Of a stretch of 64,000 bases of DNA, positions 24,601 to 37,046 are shown one piece after another. A program made the translations under genes and the position numbers. Numbering within the stretch: the first letter of the stretch is position 1; each line of letters opens with the position of its first letter. The DNA comes from Macrostomum hystrix (Eukaryota; Animalia; Platyhelminthes): positions 1,736,001 through 1,800,000 of the forward strand of contig CATNEN010000031.1 in NCBI GenBank assembly GCA_950097015.1, in the 5' to 3' direction. Below the pieces are notes generated by a model, which worked only from the letters and a program-made list of their open reading frames with translations, did no database searches and was not told where the DNA came from.

Positions 24601-25486
24601 GGTTATTCCACCAGATTAAGAAGTTAAGAGACTGTCCTTCAGTCCAGATCGTATTCCTAATACTTTAAAGTACTTTAGCCAGTCAAATTCAGTAGATGCG
24701 AATGTTTAGAGGATATAATCATATTTGAAGCAAGATAGCGAGAAACACACACGCGCACGCACACACACGAGTCCGTTTATAAGGATTAAACGGCACAAAT
24801 ATGGACTTTGGGAGCTAGGGGGGGGCTGGGTAACCGGGTTGACTCTCCTTATCGCTAAGCCTATAGCCGAATCAAATCTACCTGGATTATAAAGATTCGC
24901 TTGGCCTAAATAACTTGGCCCCAGTTTGAGTTTGAGTCCAATGCCAGTGGGGCTGTGAGCAGAGTGTGTGCGTCACAGAAGAATGCGAATTGACGCATGA
25001 AGCCAAAACAGAGGCTGGAAGAGATGCAGAAATTCTAGCGGGTCCATAAATTTCTACTCCGTGACGTGGTTTTAAATAAAAGTACTTAAAGAGAAGTGTT
25101 TTTATTTTAAATTACTCTTTTATTGACATTTCTCTCAGAAGTCGAGATGTAAATTGATGTATTATTGCACTGCAATATCCTCAACAGCTACGAGAAGAAA
25201 CTCTTAACAGTTCAAAATATCCCTAATGAATTTCATTTATATGAATTTCATTTATACTCTAATGAAATTATGAAAAATATTCTATTAAAACGATGAAAAA
25301 TGCACAGATGCCATTAATATTAATGTGAGTATACACAACATTGATAGTCAGCTGCTGGCGTGATGAAAGGAAAGAATTTACCGCGTATGAATAAATTTTA
25401 TGCTGCATCATGGGCTAAAAATACTTAAAAATATAATAAATATTTCAGGATAACGAAAGTTCCGTTATAAAATCCACACAAACACC

Positions 25487-27012
25487 AAGATTCAAAAACA
25501 AACACCAAGATTCACAAACACCGAGATTCACAAACACTAAGATTCACAAACAAACACCAAGATTCACAAACAAACACCAAGATTCACAAACAAACACCAA
25601 GATTCACAAACAAACACCAAGATTCACAAACATCGAGATTCACAAACACCAAGATTCACAAACCCCAAGATTCACAAACAAACACCGAGATTCACAAACA
25701 CCAAGATTCACAAACAAACACCAAGATTCACAAACAAACACCAAGATTCACAAACAAACACCAAGATTCACAAACAAACACCAAGATTCACAAACAAACA
25801 CCAAGATTCACAAACAAACACCAAGATTCACAAACAAACACCAAGATTCACAAACATCGAGATTCACAAACACCAAGATTCACAAACAACAAGATTCACA
25901 AACACCAAGATTCACAAACAAACACCAAGATTCACAAACATCGAGATTCACAAACACCGAGATTCACAAACACTAAGATTCACAAACAAACACCAAGATT
26001 CACAAACAAACACCAAGATTCACAAACAAACACCAAGATTCACAAACATCGAGATTCACAAACACCAAGATTCACAAACACCAAGATTCACAAACCCCAA
26101 GATTCACAAACAAACACCGAGATTCACAAACACCAAGATTCACAAACAAACACCAAGATTCACAAACAAACACCAAGATTCACAAACATCGAGATTCACA
26201 AACACCAAGATTCACAAACACCAAGATTCACAAACACCAAGATTCACAAACACCAAGATTCACAAACCCCAAGATTCACAAACAAACACCGAGATTCACA
26301 AACACCAAGATTCACAAACACCAAGATTCACAAACACCAAGATTCACAAACACCAAGATTCACAAACAAACACCAAGATTCACAAACAAACACCAAGATT
26401 CACAAACACCGAGATTCACAAACACCAAGATTCACAAACACCAAGATTCACAAACACCAAGATTCACAAACACCAAGATTCACAAACAAACACCAAGATT
26501 CACAAACACCAAGATTCACAAACACCAAGATTCACAAACACCAAGATTCACAAACCCCAAGATTCACAAACAAACACCGAGATTCACAAACACCGAGATT
26601 CACAAACACCAAGATTCACAAACACCAAGATTCACAAACACCAAGATTCACAAACACCAAGATTCACAAACACCAAGATTCACAAACACCAAGATTCACA
26701 AACACCAAGATTCACAAACACCAAGACTCACAAACACCAAGATTCACAAACACCAAGATTCACAAACACCAAGACTCACAAACACCAAGATTCACAAACA
26801 CCAAGATTCACAAACACCAAGACTCACAAACACCAAGACTCACAAACACCAAGATTCACAAACACCAAGATTCACAAACACCAAGATTCACAAACACCAA
26901 GACTCACAAACACCAAGATTCACAAACACCAAGACTCACAAACACCAAGACTCACAAACACCAAGACTCACAAACACCAAGACTCACAAACACCAAGACT
27001 CACAAACACCAA
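25487..27012. repeat. Minisatellite, 16/20-bp unit (aaac)aaacaccaagattcac, just downstream of the calcium-sensor stop codon
   Basis: Directly visible. Confidence 0.95.
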
Positions 27013-27056
27013 TCATCAGAAGGAAGCAGGACAGAATGGTATCCCGTGGGCGCGGG

Positions 27057-29790
27057 TCAGGCCTGGTGACTGGGATCGCATTGCAGCAGTTGCACAATGC
27101 TCGGGTCTGACTTGGCGCCTTCGATGAATTCTTCCGTAGAGAGTCGGCCGTCCAGGTCTTTGTCCATCTGGCGAAAGATCTTGTCTGTTCGCTTCTCCGG
27201 CGTCGACTCGTCCTCTGGCATTCGAGTTACCATGCCTACCATACTGTAGATGGCCTGCGAATGAATTCAATTTCAGGAGAAGAAATTCAACATAATAATC
27301 TTTAATTAAAGATAGCACAACTGATTTTGGCATCCGTTTAACAGGATAAATAGTTATCTCGCTCAAGGACACAAATTATTTTCTCTGGGCTGAGATTCGA
27401 ACTTCAGACCTCTCGATTAGGAGTAAAGTTCAAAGCATTAACCGTTAAACTAAAATGTTCTTGTAAGGGGATAATTTATTGACTGGTGGGATAATTTGTA
27501 CAATGATGTAATAATTCCTAGTTTTAATTAAGTAACATTTATTCCTCGAAAGGGGATATTTTATAAGCTGAGAAGATAATTAAGAAGCTGTGTGGTTGAT
27601 TCTTTAATTAAGGGGGATAATTCGAAGTTGAATGGGATAACAAGTAAAAAATGGGGGAAAAACACTATAAATTCAACGAGAAACTTGGTTATACAAACAA
27701 TCCAATGGGAGTTTTTGTAACCTCGGCTATTAGCTTGACCAATTATTTGGTGTTTTCTGTTCAAAATGTCATGTCATCTTTTTGGGCCTTCTAAAGCTAA
27801 ACAATGATTTCACCATCGCTGCAATTACAGTCTAGGGATATAGAAACTGCAATCAATGATTTGTAAGAAGCCTATGCAGACAATTGTATTAGACTTATTA
27901 GGCTAAGGATAATTGTAGGCACAGCACACACGGCAGGTGACGAGTGTATTGAAACGCAAGTTGCTGGGAAGACTCAAAGATCTAATTACTGGGATCTTCA
28001 AATCCTTCATGCGACATTGTGCCTGTTTAGAAGGCTTCGCAAATTGTCATGCCTGTTTCTACTTTAGATCAGTCTGTACATGTATGCTAACCTTGCACGC
28101 TTTCTACCCCTGAGAGGTTGGTCGTGTCACCCCTCCCCACTTTCTCACCCACCCCAATCAGTTTATAAGCGACATACATCTTTCTTATTGAAGTTTGAAG
28201 CGTATGCTTTTTTTCGTAACGAAACAATAAACTCAGTTGACGGCAAATGCGAGACAGCTTACTAAACTAAGATTTTCCGTTGATTTGTCTTGAGAGTCCG
28301 AGGCAGCAGTGACAATGTAGACTATATTGGAATATTCTATTCAAAGCAGTTAACAGCAGAGCTACACTGACAAGAAGTTACGGTGCCTGCAGCCAGTGAA
28401 GGATCCGTCAGGAGTAATGCGTGTTGATGGTCGCCTGAAGTTCGGACAGCAGCTGCCAGTCGAAGCGAAACATCCAGCGATTCTGCCCAGGAAGCACTGG
28501 ATTACGAAGCTATTGATCAAGAAGTTTCACGAAGACCGAGCGCATGGTGGCACGAACGATGTGTTGGCCGCGATGGCATCGAGGTACTGGATCATCGGAG
28601 CGAGAGAAGCGATTCGCCAGTAGGAGCTAGAGTGCACGGTCTGCAGGAAGCGGCGGGCGCGTCCTGCAATGCAGCAGATGGCTCCTCTGCCAGAGGCGCG
28701 GCTGGCGTTCTCGCTAAAAGCATTCACTCATGTGGCAGTCGACATGGGCGGTCCATTCACCACGGTGCAAGGGCGCGGCAAGCGACGTCAGAAGCGCTAC
28801 ATAGACCTGTTCACATGCCTAGAGACACGTGCCGTGCACCTGGAGATGACCTACGGGCTCGATACGGACTCATTTTTGAACGCATTCTATCGCATGGTGA
28901 ACCGTCGAGGACTGCCAAAGGTCATGCATTCGGACAACGGAGGCAACTTCGTAAAAGAAGCAGAGGAGCTTCAGCAGCTGGCAAGCGGGAACAAGGCCAA
29001 AGTGCAGCAGGTCACAGCAGCGCACGGCGTCAAGTGGAGCTTCCAGCCACCCGCAGCGCCACACTTCGGCGGAGCACACGAAGTGATGATCCGCGCAGCA
29101 AAGCGGGCGCTGAGCGCAATCCTCGGCAATCCGGATGTGAATGATGAGGAGCTGCACTCAGCCATCAGGAGGGCGCCACTACCAGGGCGTCGTCAGCGGA
29201 TTGAAGTGGGGCCACGGCCCCCCTTGCAACCCCATGGCTACGCCCCTGCTTCAGTCACATCCCCTGCTAGACATCCCCGCTCCGCCCATCGACTCCGCAC
29301 TATGAGTTCCTTCTTTCCAATTGGGCACGCTCCCAACGTGTCGACGAGACTCCTAAACAACTCCGTTTCTGCACTGCGCTCCCCACAATCCCTCGCCCTC
29401 ACTGATTCCCACCTTGACAATCTCGAGCATCTCTTCCTTAGTGATGAAGCCGTCGCCATCAAGGTCGTACATGGAGAAGGCCCAGGCCAGCTTCTGCTCC
29501 AGCCGTCCGCGCGACGTCACACTCAGGGCGCAGATGAACTCGCGAAAGTCGATTCGATTGTCGCCGTCCCGGTCGAAGGTGCGAAACACGTGCTCGGCAA
29601 ATTTCGAAGCGTCGCCATAGGGGAAAAAGTTTGAGTAGATTCGCTGGAATTCCTGCTTGCTGAGCTCGCCAGTTGGGCAGTCCTTGAGGAAGCCGCGGTA
29701 CCAGCTCTGCAGCTCGGCCTCCGTGAACTCGGTGTTCTGCAGAAGGTCGCGAACTTCACTAGGGCTCAGCTTGGATGGCTTGGCTCCCAT
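27057..29790 (-). CDS. NCALD: Neuronal calcium sensor, neurocalcin/hippocalcin group (191 aa, N-myristoylation MG, four EF-hand scaffold)
   Basis: Exons complement(29413-29790, 27057-27254). AAG|gtggg donor and tcgcag|GCC acceptor. Sequence [12 protein letters not shown]…[19 protein letters not shown]…[12 protein letters not shown]…AIYSMVG…[20 protein letters not shown]…[16 protein letters not shown] is diagnostic of the family; exact vertebrate orthology is not resolvable. Confidence 0.95.
28350..29165 (+). mobile_element. BEL/Pao LTR-retrotransposon integrase fragment (truncated, in-frame stop), inside the calcium-sensor intron
   Basis: GVMRVDGRL…HPAILP…H…H…CTVC zinc-binding motif; [43 protein letters not shown] catalytic core; TAG at 28621-28623; no LTRs seen. 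Confidence 0.9.
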
Positions 29791-31855
29791 GAGCCCTGGC
29801 TGCGAAGATCAAATTGATTCAGTGGGATCATATTTAAAGTCACGAGCGCGCCATTTTTAATTCACTAACGTTACTTTAGAATGCATCTTAAAAAGACGAA
29901 ACTGGTTTTGTATTCAACAGTTGAAATTATTAAAGCTCAAAATCGCGTTTTAAATGCATAAATAAATTCGGAATAGTTTTATTACATTTCAATTTTAACT
30001 TATTCTCTTTCACTCTAAGGAAGCCTTAGTGCATTCAGAAATGTTTTTAATTTTTTATTAACTTGTGTCGTACTTCTTTGACCCATCCTAATTTCATAGA
30101 ATAATTTGAGACAAAAGTTTAAGCCCCTCTTGTTGACAAATGGCTTTTACAAATAAATAATTTTTTTGCAGATAATTTCGTGCTCATCAAAGCTATGAAC
30201 TAAAACCAATTAAGTGGCCTCTGCCATTTATATTGCATTATAAAAAATGTTAGTAACTGGTAAGAAAAATCTCTGCTTCTATGAGTAACTGTCTTTTGAC
30301 TTTACAACTTTGACTTTGCAGCGCTTTACAACCTTGCAAAATAGATGTATTAGATAAAATAATAAAATAGCGCATAACAATAAACTTACCAAGGAGATTC
30401 GTAGACAGGAAAAATAGTCACTAAAATAATAATAACTTTTTGTAGCGTTTGTAACTTGACATTCGCCAAAACTAAACTTGACCAATAATCGGTTTAGTTA
30501 TTTTTAAGTCTTCAGCAATGGCTTTATATACACCTTTGAAACTAACTTTTCGAACTTTAAATGACTAAGCTAGAGATGTGTTAAATCGCAAAGGTGTTTT
30601 AACAAGTACTTTTTGTGTAGCTCATGCCTCGTAAGTATATGATTGGATCGGGTTCCACTACGACAAACTGATATAAATTAAAACAGTGCCTCACGTTATC
30701 GGTGAATAGGTTTAAAACATTTTAACAAACCATTTGCTAGCTGGAAAGATCTCAACAAGAAATAGGTTTCATTTGTCGAACTTTGTAATTATTTCAATAA
30801 GATATGTGCCATAACTTTTTGAAATAATTTTTTTATCTGTTTGCGTGTTTTACGTCGCTGAAGTTGGGTGTTTCTAGATGTTTGAAGTGAGCTTTGTAGT
30901 TTAACAGTATTACAGCATCTGAAACATAGAAAAAAAAGAGTTTTTATATCTAATTATGCTTGCATTCGAGCAAGCAATCGCTTTACAATTTTTATTTCGG
31001 ATATTAGGAAATTTAAAATTCTATATTATATTCGTTGACTTTAATAAAAAATTAGCTAGGATCGTGCCAATCCCCATTGCTGAATGAACCCACTTTAAAT
31101 TTACCAATCGTAAGTAGCAACTCATATCCGGTTTCCGGTAGAGACCTAATGTTAGGCTAAGGCAGGAAGATGCAGTTTCGAAATTTTATGAGTACATAGT
31201 TACTGACAGCATTTTGTCATTAAGTTTGATTAATATTAATCCTACATTTATAATTTCTGCTTACTAAATGAGTGAACTTGAGCTTACCTCACTTTGAGGA
31301 TAATATAAAAAAAACAAAGTACATTTTTTATTAGAATAGCATGAATTGCATCGTGCCAAATGTATAAGCGATGGCTCCTCTCTTTGTTGCAATAGTTCTT
31401 TTGTTTATTTCATTGCTCATAATTTTATTGAGTACAATAATGTTTAGAGACAAAAACCAAATAAAACGCTTTATAGTGCGAAAACACAAGGCAAAAACAA
31501 ATAGAGCTAAGCGAACGGGAAATAGCATTTCAATTAAGGAAATTTTAGTTGTTGACACCGAACCGAGTTTTGGTTTGATAACATTGATAAATTGACAGAA
31601 CTCGCTTAAGCAGGTAAAAAAATCAATGAAATATGACAAAGCTACTAAAAGTAGTGTAAGTGTAACCCATCGAAATAACTGTGATCTAAAATGAATTAGA
31701 AGAATGAATTGGCTAAAGTCTATGATATAACCCGAAACCATTCACATTCGTTTATAGTGCTGTAAAAATTGTCATAAAACACGTCAATGATTCAAGGCTC
31801 AAGAATAACATCGCGGTAATTTCGACCAACCGAATAAGCAGTTTTCTGCTGGCTT

Positions 31856-34735
31856 TTAGTTGCCGAGATAGGACCTGCAAAAATACAGTTAAAGATAATC
31901 GGATGTGTATTTTAAAGTAAAAATGGTGTAAAGGAATGGGTAAATGTCGCTTAAACAATAGGGAGACGAATTGGACATGGGGATGTTGGGTTTTGGGGAT
32001 ATCGACATCGTAGATAGGGATAAATATTGGGTTAGGAGGTAAGATTTGGTGATTGTGGGACAGGAGATGAGGATTTTAGGATAACAATGATTGTCAGATT
32101 AGAGACGGCGATAATATATGGAGATTGTGGGAACAGATATGGGATTTTGGGATAAGAGATAGGGATTGCAGAATCCAGTGTGAAAAGAGTTTTCCCAACT
32201 TACGGCAGCTTGAACTTGATAAAGACGCGGCTAACAAAGAAGCTAACTAGGATGGCCAAGAGGCCGATGGCCAGCAGGATGATGCGATTCAACTTAGGCA
32301 GGCTGGGCTTGTTGGTCTGGTCCAGGACGATGAAGCCGCAGCCGCCAAGCAGGAACATGAAGCTGGAGGCCAGGCCCTCCATGATGTACTGCCCGTTGAT
32401 TCGGTAGGCCATGAAAGCGACCTTTAAAGTAGAATGCATATGTTTATTGAGTTTAGTCAGGGAAAGATTTCTTACAAATAAAGTGATGATTTTATCGCCT
32501 AATCACTAATGATTTAAATCCCTTGCAACTGATCGCCAAGAGACATATCCCGTCGTACCAACGCCAAGACAGATCAGATTATATAGAGATTCATTTAAAA
32601 TTGAACTCACAGGCTTGCTCTTGCCATTAGCATCTGTGGTAGATCCGATAGACGGCGGCTCAACAATCACATCATAGATGACACCTAAATTAAAAAAAAA
32701 ACAAATGAAAAATAAACACTGAAAGGCCAATTTGAAGACTTGATCGGGATCAAAATAGGAAGAGAAATAATTTTCAATACTTAGGTAGGTCTACCGTAGG
32801 GTCTTTAAGCAAAAATTGTGACTAGGCTAGCATAATAAAAATTTAAGATCTAAAGCACCAAGCTAGTTTATAAAAATGTTTTGCTATAGCTAGAAATAGA
32901 AAACTATTAAAAATACGTAGTCTATAATGATCTGGCATGATCTAATCAAAACATATACCTCATATATGAGCCCAAAATTACTAAGCTTATCAGCTTGCTA
33001 TTTATATAATTAGCTAACTAATCTCTATTGCAACATTGCTGAAAATCTGTGGATATGCACCTTAGCATTGCATTAGTGTTTATTTAAATTTGAACTAAAT
33101 ATTGTTTAAAAATTGCAATTTTTTTCAATTTTTTTTTTAAATATTGTATTTTCACAATCTTGCCTTTAGGCTTCATAGCATATAATTTTTTAGTATAATG
33201 AATTTTTCCAAAAATATATAGTTTTAAACAAACATGTATATTCTCCTAAATAAAAGGAAGAGTTGTTTTAATAAGAAATCAACTTGCCAGTGTGGCATAA
33301 AAGCCTAATTCAGATATACTGTAGTGCTGAAATAGTAAGTGATCTTAGAAAGGTGTTCCAATGCATTAGTTCTTTTCTCAGTTCTTTTCCCTTAAGACTG
33401 AGAATGAGATATTGGTAAAAGCCTTAGAAGGAGACTGCTTGTGCCATAAGAGTCGCTACACCATTATAGTGTTAAGCCCAAGGACATAAGAATCATAGAG
33501 TCATAAAAGTTAAAATGGCCCTTTTAGGGCCACCAGCTTAAAACATAGGGGAATACATGCAGAACTAAGAGGGAAGAAAGAATAAGATCAGCCTGAGTGA
33601 TACACTACCAATAGAAAGAAATATAGAGTGATAGAGATAGTTATAAGCCCTACTACACAAATTATTTTATGCATTGTTCTCTCTAGCAAACTCAACCTTG
33701 ATATTTATGATCTACAAATAAGTAAATAAAAATCTTTTCAAATTAGAAAAGCTAATAAAAAATCTGATTATCTCCCATTTGCACACTGGCATGATAGCAA
33801 AATGTTGAATTTCTTCTCATGTTAGTTATGGCCAAGTTGACTGACTTGTCCACTCATGAATTTCAGTTGCCTAGGCCCTACAAATAAGTCACCTTCTCAG
33901 TTTGGCAGACAAGATAGCAGCAGACAAAAAGATCAGAACCCCAAAATTGCCACCTCCTAAAGGAACATAGCAAATATTAATCAAAAGTCTATATATCTTT
34001 GCAGACCTTTATTTTTTAATTAAAGTATTCCATTTAAAAAAATGGTTGGAAATACTCAAGACAAATAATAAAAAGTTAATAGGCCCCCTATTTTATATCA
34101 ATTTTTACAGAAAGTTAGGAATGACATTTAATAGCATTTGGAATCATCACTACATAGAATATAGCATACTTTTGTTTATTAATAGCCAGCCAATGGCTAA
34201 ATTTGCACTTGAGTTTGCTGTTGCACTATAATAAAAGGATTTAGCTAGGGCCTAGTGCTACACTACAAAATCTGCAAAAGAATGCCAGACACTTTTGGCA
34301 GATTTTTTACTTTTAAATCTTTTGCACAAAGGGTTAGTTGCAAAATATTAGGTATGAAAAACTACTCTACTATTTTTGCACATTACAGGCAGTAAATAGT
34401 GCTTAGCTAAAAATGTACTAAAAGTCGCACACCTGCCTAGGCCCTACCTTACCATTGGCCCAAATGCATTGCATGTCGCTAATTTAAAAAGGTAAAATTG
34501 CATAGCTTTAAACGGCATAAGAATCAACTTTTATAATAGAAGGCCATAATATAATTCTACAAACTACACTCCATTAAGTACAACTAAACTACTTACCTCC
34601 AAGTACTAGAAAATATGACACCAAGATAAGAGCGAAAACGAACATAGGAGAGGGGGTCTTGAGCCACGATGGTTTTCGAAGCTTTAAGTTAGGGCACAGA
34701 AACACGTTAAATGGCAAAGAAAACAAGGTCTCCAT
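31856..34735 (-). CDS. OSTC: Oligosaccharyltransferase complex subunit OSTC/DC2 (149 aa)
   Basis: Exons complement(34597-34735, 32611-32684, 32204-32421, 31856-31874), all GT-AG with consistent phases. METLFSLPF…[11 protein letters not shown]…[16 protein letters not shown]…[21 protein letters not shown]…KLPSYLGN*. Confidence 0.95.
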
Positions 34736-37046
34736 ATTGACTATTTAAGGAGTAGGTCGAGAATAAGATACGGAAGGTAGACAAAGAATTTCCAGAAACA
34801 GTACAAATGCTATTGTTTCTGTATTGTATCTCAATGAAATCCACTAATTTATAAACATTTCGAACTTTTTCGTTTCGTAGAAAATCGACGTGGTAGATAC
34901 TAAAACTAACTGACTAAACGTGTAAAGCAGTTTGTAATTTTTATCTATTTTAATATGCAATTTATGTTGTAATTGGCAAATTTTTGGATAGATATAAAAA
35001 CTTTACCTTTCAAATGAATAATAAAAGAATTTGTAAAGCCGCTAGTTACTTCTTCATGTACTCGAAAGTTTAAGCATACAAAGTAAACTTCCAGTGTTAA
35101 AAAAATATTATTGTGATCATTGTTACGTAATTGTAATGGAATTATATCTAGATAATTATTATGTTAAAGTTAGATTTTATATTTCCATATAGTAACAAAA
35201 AGAAAATGAATTTTAAGTTTACGCTTATAACTCCTTAAAATAGATAAGTCGACATTCACACAAAACTTTCGTTACACAGTTCTTATTTTTATTCTGCTGC
35301 ATGTATATCTGTATAAGAACTGAAAATTTTGCATACTTCATACTTAAAACTTTATACCATATTACCACAGAGATCCAGTTTACTCTAGTGGATAGGAGTG
35401 CTTTGCGCTTTATGCACCAAGAAACATTGCTAAGGATGGACACAACACCCACCAGTGCAGGGTCATCAAGATGCCCAGGTTCACAACATGGTACCAACAA
35501 CAGTTCTTGCTTGATATGTACTGCTGTATACAGAGGAGCGACCACGACCGCGCCCCACAGTGGCGCATCTCCAAGATAGATCGATCCCATTATATAAATA
35601 AAAGGGCTTCCGCAAGTCAAATCAGAAGTTTTTTTTCACTAGAAAGCAATACACCCATCGCCTGCATCGTCTCCGACACGAGGTCAGTCTTGTCGCGCAA
35701 TAGCGCACGGACTATATGGAAGCTAGCTCTGCCTATGACCAATATGCGTGATCAGTCTGTGGACCTCCGGTATGCATTTGGGTGTGCACTAGCCCGATCT
35801 GATGTCGTTCAGAGAGACCTGATAAGGCGAGCCCGCCGCTGCCGTTGCTCCTCACACCTGTTTTGCGAACGCTCTTTGCAGGCCTTGCCGTTTGCGCAGA
35901 GTAGAAGCCTAATTTACTTGCACTTGTCTATCCTTATATTTATAGGAAAAATCGATAATGCATTTTTTGACAACTAACAAATCGAGCACAATATTTGTAA
36001 TCGATAGGGTCCGTTTTTTATAAAAAAAAGAATCTGAATTTGCTGTGTAACGACTCAGCACTGTGTAAAAATCTATTTATTTATTAGACGAAAAAATCTC
36101 CAGTTTAGCAGCACACATTGTGTGTGAAGAGAAAACTTGGATGGGCACAATGTGTTTAGCTTCGTGTTAAAGTTCGCCGATATGATTGAAGAGCAGCTTT
36201 TTTACAAACAAGCGAAGGCAATTTTTTTAATACGAGTAGAAAAAATTGCTAGTTTGTTATACGACAGATGTGAAATGAGTAATCTTTTAGGAATCTTTTA
36301 GGTCGCAGGGCAATACAAGACATCACAATCAATATCTGTACTTAAATATTAGGAAAATACAGCAGAATTGAGCAAACTGTTTAACTCACGATAACTGAAT
36401 AATATGATAGATTGGCAATGGCCGCGATTCAATTGATAAAGAGCAGAATAAAAGTTTTATTTGAGATCAGATCACGAATGCTATAATATAATTAATAACC
36501 CCACACCAACTATGAAGAAATCAACAGATTTTTAAATACAATTTTTAGTTAATAATAAACTATAAACATAAATGACGCCAGCGATGGATCTGAGATAGGT
36601 GAAGCAATGAATGGAAAAAAACTAAAATGTGCGAAGAAAGCACATTGTTCAAAGCAGCAATAAAAAAGAACATTTATATGGAAACAAGGCAATTATCGCA
36701 GCAAATTTTGTATGCTATAAAAAATAATATATTTTAAATGTACGCTCGTATAATAAAAAACAAATTAACAAGAAGCGAAAACTGCGAGCGCAGGAATCAG
36801 ACGAGGTTTCCATTTCTACAAGTGTGTTGATTTTAAATTTGTGCCAAAACACCGGAAATATATTTACGACAAAAACTTAATTTGCATGAACATTTTTCTT
36901 GAATTGACGTTAGAAATGTTAGATATCGATTTATTTTATAGTGTAATTTTTTAGGCTTATAAGGATTTGTTTTATAATGAAGCAGGACTTCAAAATATTA
37001 CTTGAATATTAAGTTGAGCCATAGAGCCTGTTTGTAGAGCATCTCC

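Noticed and set aside
28669-29634. 321-aa ORF as an integrase/EF-hand fusion gene
   Set aside because: The integrase frame simply runs on through intron and the antisense strand of calcium-sensor exon 1; the second half is not protein-like.
31331-31741. 136-aa hydrophobic minus-strand ORF
   Set aside because: AT-rich sequence just downstream of the OSTC stop (probable 3' UTR); no motif or splice support.
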